The position numbers were made by a program, and so were the translations under genes. Shown piece by piece: positions 23,089-35,081 of a DNA stretch of 64,000 nucleotides. The stretch's first letter is position 1. Each line of letters opens with the position of its first letter. The notes under the pieces were generated by a model. That model worked only from the letters and a program-made list of their open reading frames with translations, was not told the origin of the DNA and ran no database searches. The DNA comes from Halocafeteria seosinensis (taxonomy: Eukaryota), in the NCBI GenBank assembly GCA_001687465.1, contig LVLI01000320.1, forward strand, positions 1 to 64,000. The letters run 5' to 3'.

Positions 23089-23379
23089 TACTAATACACA
23101 TATCATATAAATCATATGTGACATATGCTTGTACATAGTCAAACTTCACGTGGGTTTTGTGTGTTGCGTGTGTGTACGTGGCGTGATGGCTCAACCTCAA
23201 CCGTGGGTCTACGAGTACGAGGGTAGCTCCCAGAAAGATCCTAACACGGTAGGATATATAAAACAACAGTGTACCAGGGTCCTACACCGGTTGTATCACT
23301 TTACAATGGAGCTCCGACTGCTTGCGGATTTGGAGTGTATTAGGCGGTGGGCTATCTGTCACATATGTGTGTATTGGTA
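23089..23379. mobile_element. Putative non-autonomous TIR element (MITE-like) or solo-LTR-like relic; core 23117-23363
   Basis: Core begins TGTGACA and ends TGTCACA, flanked by TA on both sides. The inverted repeat extends (catatgtgaca/tgtcacatatg; tactaatacaca vs tgtgtattggta). The right end recurs at 259-286. Confidence 0.5.
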
Positions 23380-24318
23380 GTTCTAAAAGCAGACGAATTT
23401 AGAAGTTATGGACCAAATATGAAATACATGTACATCATCAGTCGCATTACATTGCTCTCCTCTGTACTATCTGGTGCTAATTCGGCACGGCTCGATTCCT
23501 GGAAACACTAGTTAACTAACATTGTTGAATCTTTTGGCATCGGCACAGAGTGCACTGCAGTTACATGGCCACGGCGAAACGCGGACGCATCAGCAGGTCC
23601 TTCAACTTAACGTACAAGCATGACTCTCGCTCAAACACCTGCTGCTTTCCTTCATACGGCGTTTTTAGGGAATGACGATACTCACCAAACCACCATGCAC
23701 CCATTCCAGCGCAGTGGGCGCTCTCCAATTACCAACACTGCTGAGGGACCAAGAAGCGGGGGTCAGGCTCAACCGAGATACGATGTATGTATGTGCTGGT
23801 GATGTTGGCTTTCATTTGTTTCCTCAAGGAAGAATATACAGCTTCTGAGACATCATCGTGATTCCAAAGGATGTTTAACACATTTGGGGGTGGTTCGCAA
23901 GAACATGCGGTCGCATGGTCGGTTATAAAGGGCGTTCGTGTGGGAACAAAAAAGGTCTCAATCGCATGCGAGACTCCGGGACGACATATCTCCTGCTATG
24001 CTTTTAATGTAGTCGCTAACGACGTAATTGTTAGCCTCGTCTGGTATCACAGTGTAGATATGTTGACTGCAAAACGTATATGCTCCAGTGTCGTGTAAAT
24101 ATTGGCGCGACAGGAATTGTAGCGTCTTGTAATTTTGTTTTCTTGCGTAGCACATTGGGAACGGCGTCGCTTACGGTTTTGTCTGATTGATTACCCACTT
24201 CCAGCAGTATTTTCCCTGATACCATCGGTTCTAGACACCCAAGACATATCAGTTCAGCTCTCAGTGCTGTACACGGAAGGGACTGAAACAGAGCAAACTG
24301 AATCTTGGGTCCTCTGAA

Positions 24319-27300
24319 ATGGGACTGCAACAGGAAATGGAGGGGACAAAAGTGAAAAATACAGATGAATTAGCTCACGGACAAAGAATGAACGGAGGGG
24401 GCAAATATTCCACTATCGCCAACCGTCTTGAAGTGGTGCGACAAGAGGTCCAACAGACCGAAATTTACTCAAGCAGCTCTACCGCGACTTCTAGCAGTCA
24501 GCTTCAACGTGGGACAAGACAAGAGCAAAATAGAAGTCCACGGGAAGCCAGCGCGAGATCAGTGTCGCCGCGAGCCCGATTGCAACCATTAGATAATGAG
24601 AGAGCCCCTGTCAGCAGGCGAGAAACGGAAGAGTCGAACGGTTCCATTCCCAGTCTGCGGAGACCACTGAACGGGTCTTCCAGTGCGAAGGAAACTGGTG
24701 CGCAAGGGTCTTCTCACGGACATTCCTCCAACTACTCGCAAGCTCCATTCAAAGTATGTGCAGTTCGGGTCATTATCCAATTGATGTCTTATCCAACCTC
24801 TTGCTACTGGTTCTTGGATACAGCAAACGAACTCACATGGTTCTGCAGAAGAAGTGAATAGTGTGAGTACCGCAAAGCGTCTTAATACAACCGACCCAGT
24901 GACGTTAACGATATTTGTTTATTTTAATGTAGCAGGTTGCGCCCCAAAGAGTAGCAGTTACTCAAACGACGGGCCGTCAAGAGGAGCAGGGGGTGCGAGC
25001 GAAGGGCAGCGAAGCAAGGTCCAACATGGGCCCCGAGTTAAACAGTTCTCTCCTTATTCTGCAACTTCTGGAGGCCTCTACGAATGAGCAGTCATCATAT
25101 AGCACAAAGACCTCTGTAGAAAAGGCGACAAGATTACGGGATAGCCTGAGAGCCCGGCCTAAGTCTGAGCAACTTCAGGCAGACTTCATTCAAGCTGTTC
25201 GCCACGCATACGAGACTTCCTTTTCGGAGGCTGCAAAATCGACATCCGGAATTGGGGTAGAAAGCGGGAGAAAACTCTCGTCGCTTTGGGATACAAGTTT
25301 TGTACGAGTTTTGCGAGACCCTTTAGAAAGCATCCTCTCTGCTGCTGAAAGACTCTGGATGTTCTTTGATCCGCGATACGTCGTCGTTGATGACACACTG
25401 AGACTGCGCTTGTCATCTATCCAGTTAGCAAAGAAAGCCTTCCTGAAGCTTGTCTACGAACAACATCGCCAGGAAGGAATGGAGGTCAATGAGACGTCCG
25501 AAGAGGCCAAAGACCGAATATGCGAGGCCAGAGAAGGTCTACACTCGCATATAACGGAAATACTGAGAACTTGGGACAACTATGTGGCTTCATCCTCGTA
25601 CAGCGGTGAAATTCAGGCGTGCGACGTGTTAGAAATGGCGAGAACCGTTTGCAACCACATCGCTGATCTTGAAACACGTGCCAGTCTACTTCTCTCATTA
25701 CGTGAGTGTTTCGGCTTCATAGGGGAAGGTGAAGTAGAGCTACCATTTGACGAGCAGGCACTACGAGGACAAAAAGAACTGAATTGCCTGGCACGCTACG
25801 TTGACTCAACACTCTCTCTATTGAGAGATATGGAGAAAGCCTCGCTGCGAACGTTTTCGTTTACGGACATGCACAATACCGGTATATTCTCAAGTGCATG
25901 GAAGGAGTTCCATTCATGCATGGACAGCATTGGGTTTGCAACTATGACAGCTGCTTCCATGGCAAAACGAGAATCAACAAATGGGAGCGATGAGGATGTG
26001 CGACAGTTGCAGGAAGCCCTGAAACTGGTCGAGAAGAAGTACGCTACTGCTTGCAATGTGGTCCAGTTGTGCCTACAGGCCCACTACGAGGACCAAAAGC
26101 ATAAATCTAAAGTAGATGACGCGTTAGCGGAGGAAGCACGCCTGCATGATCAACTGGGGAAGACAGAGGAGGAAGCAGACTCGATTATTGGTAAAGCACA
26201 GGATTGCAAAGAGCACATTGTCAAAGGGGGTTCTTCCACGGAGGGTATCGCCAAAGACCGTTCAAAACTGAAATTACTGAAAGAATTAGAGGAGCTCTAT
26301 CGCAGGCTGATGGACGCGCTCGTTATGGCCAAGAATCTTGCTTCAAAGACGCGGAAAACTGCTTCTACTGAAGAGGACAAGGACGAGCTGCCGTATCCAC
26401 AGTATTACCCTCTGAGTCAAGTTACGGGGAATCCTCGAGAGTTTTTAGACACTACACAGCTGGAGAAGTTGGCTGAAGCAATAAGGAGAGCAACGACGAT
26501 ACTATTTGACATGAAAAGACTATGGGCGGAAGGGATAAAAGAAGGCTTACTCCGTGACGGCAAGGGTACCGATGAAGATGTCAGGTTTTTTAGGCTGGTT
26601 TCCCCCCTGGACGACATGCGATCAGGCGTAGGGCGAAACCCCATCACATTTTCCGAAGTCTCTAGAGGGCATAGATCAAACGCTGTGGTACTTACAGACC
26701 CAATTGAACGATCCCCGCTGGTTCCGAGGCAGGGAGTCAGAGGATTAATTGAATATCCCCTGAGCTTACGACAAGCTATTGTTGTGGGCCATTTTGATAG
26801 TGTAACTGTGGCGCTGCTTCACGGCGATTGCCAACGAGTATCGAAACGCTTGAGGAAACTTCTGAGAGCATATCGAGCGGTTCTGAGTTTTACCAAGCAG
26901 ATGCACCAAATTTCACGGAAGAGTATCAGGCGCAAAACATTGGTATCTGCCCTCCGGAGCAGTACTACCGCGTTGAAGAGAGCAGAATCAAACTTTCCCC
27001 CTTTTATATCCCTGACTTCTGTTGGTTTGGAATCCATACGATATGTAAATACGTTCGCAGCCTGTGTGCGAGAAGCTGAAATGGAAGTTGCGAAACTGGT
27101 CCTAGCTTATGAACGCATGATAACAGGAGGTGGCTCTTCAAGGAGGTTGCTCCCTTTATTGAACCAAAACAGCGAGTCTATGGATACTCGAACGGATTCA
27201 GAGGCTGCGTTGACTCCACGAATGCTGAACGATGGCAGTACAGGATCATGGAGTCCCCGCGGGCATGTTGGCGTGAACGTTCAGGGTTGTAGTGACTCGG

Positions 27301-27512
27301 ACACAGACGGTAGTGTGAAATCCTTCCCACCTCGTGTCCACGCTGCTGCCAACAGCAGCTCTGCCAATGGTATCGGGGCCTTGTCTCCAGTAGATGAACT
27401 GGCCGCCAACGATGGCAAGGGGCCCAAAAGACCAACACAGCCTTACAAAGAAAAGAACCGTGATTCTAGATCGATACGTGACCGTCGTAAGGTAGTTCAT
27501 AACTCAAAATAA
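24319..27512 (+). CDS. Large orphan helical/coiled-coil protein A (paralogue of 30380-34566), 3 exons
   Basis: 839-codon terminal ORF plus two 5' exons; shares collinear blocks with B (KYSTIANRLEVVRQEV, MFFDPRYVVVDDT, AWKEFHSCM, AEMEV). Confidence 0.85.
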
Positions 27513-27733
27513 GGCCATTCGATAGCTCACCAGAGGTTTTCAACGCAATGTATTGACTGCAATAATTGACACACCTCCTCGCTCCGTACACAGCAATCTT
27601 TGCTTTCACTTCACATGAACGACATCGTCTATGCCACACACACCGCAGTAAACATCGGTCATTGTTGAGAGTTATACCTAGCATTGTAGTTATAACTGTG
27701 CAGTGCTGTGGGAGAGGCGTTTGGAAGAGCAAA

Positions 27734-29438
27734 ATGTCGTTCGATTTCCTGGAGGAGGCGAATCGCCTTGAGGGAGAAGCTGATTCTTCTTCGGATGAAA
27801 ATGAAGGGGATTATGAGCGCATAACCCCTCAATCCTTGACAGCACAGTTGGGAGAGATCATAGAATACTTGAAAAGGAAGCCGCGGAACATCGCTCTCCC
27901 TATGGAGCAAGTGAGCCGCGAAACAAACGTGGTACGTGCGAATAGGGCTGTGCAGACGTGAGAGTTTATTGAGCGTATTTCATGGTCCAAGGGGGTGTTG
28001 CTGCAGCCATTACAAAATAATCCTAAATTAGTAGAAAATCTGGAAAATAATCCCAAAATCGAAGTAAAAAATGGAAGGCTAAGGTATAGGCCCGTTGTGG
28101 AAGACGTCCACAACAAGCGCGATTTACTGGAGCATTTGAAATACGTAAGGCTAGGGCTTTAGACTGAAGGATGTGCAGGGAAGAGCAGCACAAAACATAC
28201 TTTGTTTACATACGAACAGAAACGAAGAGGAGTATCAGTCGATGACATAAAGGAGGCTTACCCTAAAGCAAAACGGGATGTGGAAATACTAGTTGATCAA
28301 GCTCAAGTATGATGTCTACTGATTATGTTGAAATTTTTTGGACTACCTACTAAGATTAAAATTATATGCAGGTGATCCGCATTCGGAATATAGATACGAA
28401 AATGCCCTCTGTAGTATTCCCGCGAACTAAACCGTAAGAAAAGATCGACTCCCGCGTTGGCTTCTGCCTGTATACTGAAGAGTGGTTTCGGGCACGATAC
28501 AGTTTAATAGTACCGCTCTCAGGACACTTTTCTGTAACAAAGAATGAAATTAATGTTCGTACCACGTCGAATATGACAGGGGAGCTGTTTCGTGGAGACG
28601 CCTTACACTTGGGAAGTAAGAAGTTTGGTGGTAGCACTGCCATACGGCGAGCGTTTTTCACTCAACCTTTCTATGGTAGCAGATGCAATGTATCGAGTAT
28701 CTATGGACATGAAGATATCTGCCAATAGAACAGAAAAAGCCTCCCAAGAGCGGGCTGTGCGGGAGACAGGTGGGAATGATACCGCGGCGAATACGAGGGC
28801 AACGAGGAGGAGAGGGGACGGCTATATCGAGTATGTTCATGATTTCACTTCGGACAATCTTCCTCTTGATCGTCCCTACGAAGGAGCGTCGGATGATAAA
28901 GTCACAGGCTCCAAATTCGGGGCTCATGGTAAGGCTGTGTAAATGCTCAAATGTGTTGAGTGCTGTCTAACGTTCGAATGCGGGCTACAGCGGACCTTAG
29001 AAACCTGTGGCATTCCATAAAGCTGCCGGATACTCACTTGGAATTGAGACGCAAGCTTGAAGGCGCGGGTCTTCTGCATGTACGTTTATCTTCTTTCCTC
29101 TGAGAAAGGATAACCGTTTATATAAAGAAATGGCCAAATGTGTACAGGTATCGCAAATGACAGGGGATACTTTAGCTCCGAAGAGGAAGTTCTCCGAGGG
29201 AGTGAAGAAGAAGCCGAAGAAGCGTCGGCGTGGTGTTAGTAAAAGTCGGTCTGAAGCAAATAAACATCTAGAAGGGACTGCAGTTGGCCGCAGCATTGAG
29301 CAGGTATGTTCTTGTCCTTTATTGGGATTTGTTGTAAAACTGATGCACACGCTCGGCAACGTTGATGGATGACAGGCTAGATATGAGAAAGCAATTAAGG
29401 AAGCCAAGGAAGAACAACGCGCTCATAGGCAGTCCTGA
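27734..29438 (+). CDS. GTF2E2: General transcription factor TFIIE subunit beta, multi-exon, with a large internal insertion
   Basis: QLGEIIEYLKR, LENNPKIEV...RYRP...VHNKRDLLEHLK, GVSVDDIKEAYP, VFPR, DLRNLWHSIKLP, KKPKKRRR...NKHL. Confidence 0.85.
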
Positions 29439-30379
29439 AACTACAAATTGAAACTGCTTTGAGGAATTTGGCTCTAAAGAGACGATATTCATTCAGTCGA
29501 AGTATATACCTTCGGTTGGGTGGTTATTGCGTAATCGATGCTCCGCTTGCGCGATCATGCATGCTGGTGTTACAATCATAAGTAACGATATCTGTAGTGA
29601 GCTTCTATTCTGAGAACGGAACCAAAGTTAATATACATTGATTACAGTTTGTGCTTCTAAAAGGAAGTCATTCAGGTTTATGATGTCGTAAGTCGCGTTG
29701 GGGTTCCCAGTGGGATTTCGCAGTCTGGAACCCCATGTCTACAACTGTCAAGCACCCGCAAGCTAGCAAGTCAGCGTCGATTCCATGTGAGCGTGTGTAT
29801 GTGTGTGAGAGAGAGAGGGAGATCGGATAGTATTAGTATTTTATTCTTGCCGTAGAAAGGGGGTCTGCAGACTGCCGCGGCAGTGCAGCCCTTGAGCGGC
29901 CACCCTTTGGACGAGATTCTTTGCCCTCCTTGGCTCCGGCGTTCTGGAGCCCGTTTTCCGCACGGGTTCAACCGATAAGTTGTGGATGGTTTTGTAGCTC
30001 CCAAGGGCTAGTTGTCTCTCGGATGAGGTGTTGTGACTAGTGTCCTACAGTATGCGCAAATGTAGAAAAGTGCGGTTGTGTGATTGGAAGAGGTTATAGT
30101 GTTTGAAACATCAAGGCAAGATTCGCCCCGCTGTCTTGAGACGAGGTAAGACCTGCGACCGACTCCAAGCGCAATTGCCGCTTTATGCGTCGCTAGATAG
30201 CTTTATTTTGTTCGATACGCCCATACAGAGGAGGTGAGGTGATACGGGTTTCTGTGGTACTGGAAACTTGCGTAAAACGGGTCGGGTGAACTGATCTTCT
30301 TGGAACGCATTCGTCATATCTCGGCTGGCGGTGGAGAAAAAAAGGCCGAGGAATCCAAGAGAAATACATCACTTTAAGT

Positions 30380-33300
30380 ATGGAAGTGATGAGTCAACAG
30401 CAGCAAGAGGGGTCCTTTGCAGGGAGGAAAAAATACGGGACGATCGCTAGTCGCGTGGAGGAGGTTCGACAGGAAGTCAGGCAAGAACAGCGACGTTCAA
30501 CTAGGCATGAACAGACAGTAACGTCTGAAGCTAGTAGCAACAGGAGAGTATCCCCGAGACAGCCATTGAATGCTATAGAGACAACCTCGCGTTCCAAACC
30601 ACCGTTAAGTCCGAGGAAGCTTCCTCCGACGGGAAACAGGAAAGGCACGAAAGAAGTAAGCGCAAACTGTTCAGTAACTGCATTTCATTGGGCGACTTCG
30701 ACTTACAACGCCGATGAGCGCTGCAGGGCTTGAGTCCACCAAATGGAACAAATGGATACTATTCTGATCGGAGCAGCTCCGAGGTAAGTCTGCAACGTTA
30801 TTAAGGAAATTGTACGGACAGTGGGTATTCAGGTCTTCGTGTCATGCAAATACAGTTGAGCAATGGATCCTCCGGCGATTCTAATCGAGAAGCGAACAAG
30901 GAAGTAACTGTTCCTTCGGCTGCTTCTTGGATTGAGTAAGTAGTTTGGACGTCTGCAAGCTTGCGTGTTGCTTCTTTTGATTCTCCCCTCATTCGCAGGA
31001 ACGGCAACGGGTCGTCCCGAAACACCCAGGAGTTCCATGAGTCTCAGCACTGCGAAAGTACCTCTACACAGCAACAACATAGCTTCTCTTCCCAAGCGTA
31101 TGAGGCTCACCTCCAAAATGGTAAGGAGGACGGTGAATACGGGAGGCTTCACGATGGTTCTTATGAGGAAATGAAAGCTACCAGTCAGCATCGGTCGTCC
31201 GAAGAGGGAAACGAAAAGGAATCCGGTGATCGCAGTTCGGGAAACTACGAAGGCCCCACGCCTTACCGACACCTGCCGGACGAACGACCTGACTCCGCTG
31301 AAGCTGTCGCTAATAACAAAGATAATGATGATTCTTCGTCTTACAACTCAGAGACCTATTCTGTCCACTCCCCTGCAAAACTGTACAGCGGGTCGGAAGC
31401 TAATCTTATGGATAAAGTTGGCGATGATTCTAGCGGTTCGGCTGTTAAAGCTGCTATTCAAACTTTGGGGATGATGGAGCGACTCATGGCTCATAACAAG
31501 CACGACTACCCCGAGTTTACCTCCGCCCTGAATAAAGCGGGTACGCTACGAGGTCTGCTAGCGTCAAATCCCAACTCAACGCAGCTGCAGAAAGAGTTTA
31601 CGTCTGCGGTGGATAAGGCGTACGACCTGTCCCAACAGGTGGAGCTGTCTCCCGGAAAGAGTATGAAGAGTATCCGTCTCGATCCCCAGCAACTGCAACA
31701 GCGCATGGCCGAGGCTGAGGAAGACGAACCGGAGGAGCATATATTGGACTTGGAGACGTTGCGTGGCCGTCTCGAGCGGTTGTTGACCGCAGCTGAGAAT
31801 ATATCCATGTTCTTCGACCCAAAATATATTATTATCGACGATACTGTGAAACAGAGGCTCTCTGCTCTAAGGGCAGCAAAAGAAACTTTCTCAAAATTTC
31901 TACAGGAGCGGAGACAGCGGAAGCCAGAGTATGCGTATTCACAGAAGGACGTACAGGATCATATTGATGCTGCATACGCATGCATCCACGATCATTTGAT
32001 TGAAGTATCGCGTAAGTGGTATAAGCACTATGACGCTGTTGGGATGGAGGATGGTATTGGTCCGAGGGGGCTGCTGCAAATGGTAAAGACCGTAGCCGAT
32101 CATTTGTACAACTTGGAGAAGCGGTCAAAATTAGTAATCACACTGGAGAGGTGTTATGGCAAAACTGCGGAAGGCCAACTGAGGATGATGATGTCAAGTG
32201 GCCGCGAAAAATTAGAATCTCAGGAACTGTACACAACGCTTTCGGGCTACATTGATTCGACCCTCTCGCTGTTAGCGGAATTGGAATCTCATTCCGGTAG
32301 AGGCTTCAAATTTACGAATAGCAACCAAACTGGTTTGTTCAAGGCTGCATGGCGTGAGTTTCACCATTGCATGAATGGGCTTGGCTCCGCCTGTTTAGCT
32401 GCATTGAATTTAGGCAGTGCAAATACCCAAACGGGACAGAAAACTCAGATTCGAACTTTCCAACAGGCTTTGACGAGTCTTGAGCGGAAGTACTCCACAG
32501 CCCTGCAGGTCTTTCAAGAGTGTTTGAGAAGGAAGTACGAGGAAGAAGCCCGCCGCAAACGCGCCGAAGAGTTGGTTGATGAAGAATCCAACCTTAGAGG
32601 ACGATTGAAGCGCCAAGAGCGTCAAGTTGAACACATCTTACAAAAGGCAAGAGCTGCAAAAGAGGCCGAGCAAGGTTCAGAAGGGAGTGCCCCCAACTCT
32701 GGCAGTGAACAGCCTGGAAGCGGCTCGAAATCAACCGACTCAAAAGTTAATTTTGCTGTTGCCACGGAGATCGAGGCTATGTGCTTTGATCTTAATGTGG
32801 ATGTCAACGAAGGATGGCGGCTGGGGAACTTAGTGCGTTTTCAGCTGCCTGAAGATGAATCGGACAGTGTGCGCAGCGAAACGTATGTGCCTCTTCCACC
32901 GGATCTATCTACTCAGCCGAGGGAAGCGATGGATCTCGAGCGCTTGCAAGACTTTGCATCGCACATTCAGCATTTGGCTGGGCGTATCTTTGATTTGCAG
33001 CAAGCCTGGCAAAAAGCTGTTATGACTGCTGAACGAGAAGCAGAAGAGCGGAAACGCGAGCCACCTGCAATGGAGAGGGTGACTTACCGTCAATCCTCTC
33101 TCCCGTCCGATCCATCTTTCTGGATTCAACAGCCACCCCAGCCAGCTGAATCAACTTCTAAGCCTGTTGAAAAGCCGAAGCCGTCACTTGTTGAATCCCA
33201 GAAGGAGAAATCAAGCAAAAAGACTGGGGCTCAACGTTTCACCCTGCCTGTGGCGGAGGAGTGCAAGGGTTATAGGTCTCTGGCTGTGGTTTTGATTGAT

Positions 33301-34566
33301 CAACCACGTTTGCGGGCATTCAGGAAATATCCAAGAGGCGTCAACGCTTTGACGGATTATGCTCCTAGTTTAGCTCAGGCCATCACGCTTGATTCGTTCG
33401 ACAACACTGTAGCAACTGTTTTACAGGTGGATTCCAACAGGATATCCGCGCGGCTTCGTGCACTTCTCGACATATACCGAAACATCCTTAACTTCACGCG
33501 GGTTATTTATAAGTCATCCAAGAAAAGCGTAAAACGAAGAACTCTCGTGAAAGCATTATCAAACAGTACAAAGGCACTGAAGGAAGCTGACGCCAACGTT
33601 CCTGGCCTATTTCACGGACGTACTACTTCCTATAGGTCAGTAGAAGCGATCCGAGTGTTTGAGGGGTATGTCCGTCGAGCGGAAATGGAAGTAATCTCCC
33701 TCATAATGGCGTATGAAGTAATAATTGGATCGAGAATTTCTCCGTCAGCTAAAGGGTCTCCTCGAAGAGCCCAGAGTGAAGGCGGAGACCTAGCTCATTC
33801 TTCGAGCTCACTAAGTGGAGGTAGTGGGCACCGTTTCTTTCCGGAGCCGCTACGCGGGAGGAATGACAGTGCACCTGACGAAAAACTTATCTCTCCTCGA
33901 AGTGAAAACGCGTTTCGATATTCTGATAGAGAGCCGCATCGTCCCTCCCACGGTGGTATACGCGCACAAAATTCACCGCGAGTACGCGCCGACCTAAGCC
34001 CCCCCGGTGCTCAGAATGGCACGGCAGTGGAGTATCGGGGCGGTTACTCAAACAATCCTTCATCACAAATGGCGTCGTCTGGCAACGGAGAAGCGGGGCG
34101 CTCTCCCAGACATGCGGATGCTGGAGCAAGCGAGAGTAAAGTCAGTTCAAGGAAGGCTGTTCCTGAAAAGAGTGAGAGGAACGAATCTCCCCGCAGTTTC
34201 AGCTCTACCCGATCTCGTGAAGAGAGGAGGAACCGACACCACGACAAGGACGATAGCGATGTCCCCGATCCGATCAAGACAAAGAAAGGAGTACAATGGC
34301 AAAGAGACGATGGCTCTAAATGGGGTGATCGCCACAAGGGTATTACTATCGACAAGAACGGACCGAAACAAAGTCCAAGATCCGAAGGCGGGCGCTCTTC
34401 TTCAAAGCGTTCCAGTTCTGAAAGTCCAAGAGAAAAACGAAAAGAAAAAAACCCGATGCTGTTGAAAGAGGAAGCAGGATGGCATGATGTCGAATCGTTT
34501 AATAAGTCTAAGGGAATTCACCATGTATCCAGTAGGCACAACATGCCCTTAAACAAGAAGAAGTAA
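30380..34566 (+). CDS. Large orphan helical/coiled-coil protein B (paralogue of 24319-27512), 4 exons, many S-P-R sites
   Basis: 1201-codon terminal ORF plus three 5' exons; KYGTIASRVEEVRQEV, MFFDPKYIIIDDT, AWREFHHCM, RRAEMEV. Confidence 0.87.
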
Positions 34567-35081
34567 CTTCTGGCAATTCATAAGCGCGCTGCATATATTG
34601 TTTTCCCCGCGGGGATCATTCTTCGGTAAGGAATACACAAATTTAAGGGATATAGTAACGAAACTACCACCATTGATAAATCCTACCCGATGTATCTATC
34701 AGTCATTCAATTGCACGGTTTCGCTTCACTTCAAAGTACAGAAGTACAATGTTTCCAGTATGTAGCAGAGCATGCGAGCTCTCGACAACTCCGAAATTTT
34801 GCTTCTAGCCCAGTTATAAAATTGCCCCATTAGTATTGGAATTCATTCATCTATGCTTAAGCTCTGATACGTATGGATCACTTGGTTGGATTGAATTCTC
34901 AGTTCGAACTTCCAAGTTCAAGTTTTGATTGCTCTTTACACAGTGGTGTTGGTATTATTGAGCTTTTCTGTCTTGTTTCAGAAGCATCTCAAGTCAAATG
35001 TAGGTGCAAAATGCAGTTTACTTTCTGCGTCATGTAGTACCTCGACATTTGCAGCAGCATCTATCCTCGTCCATGTAAACA

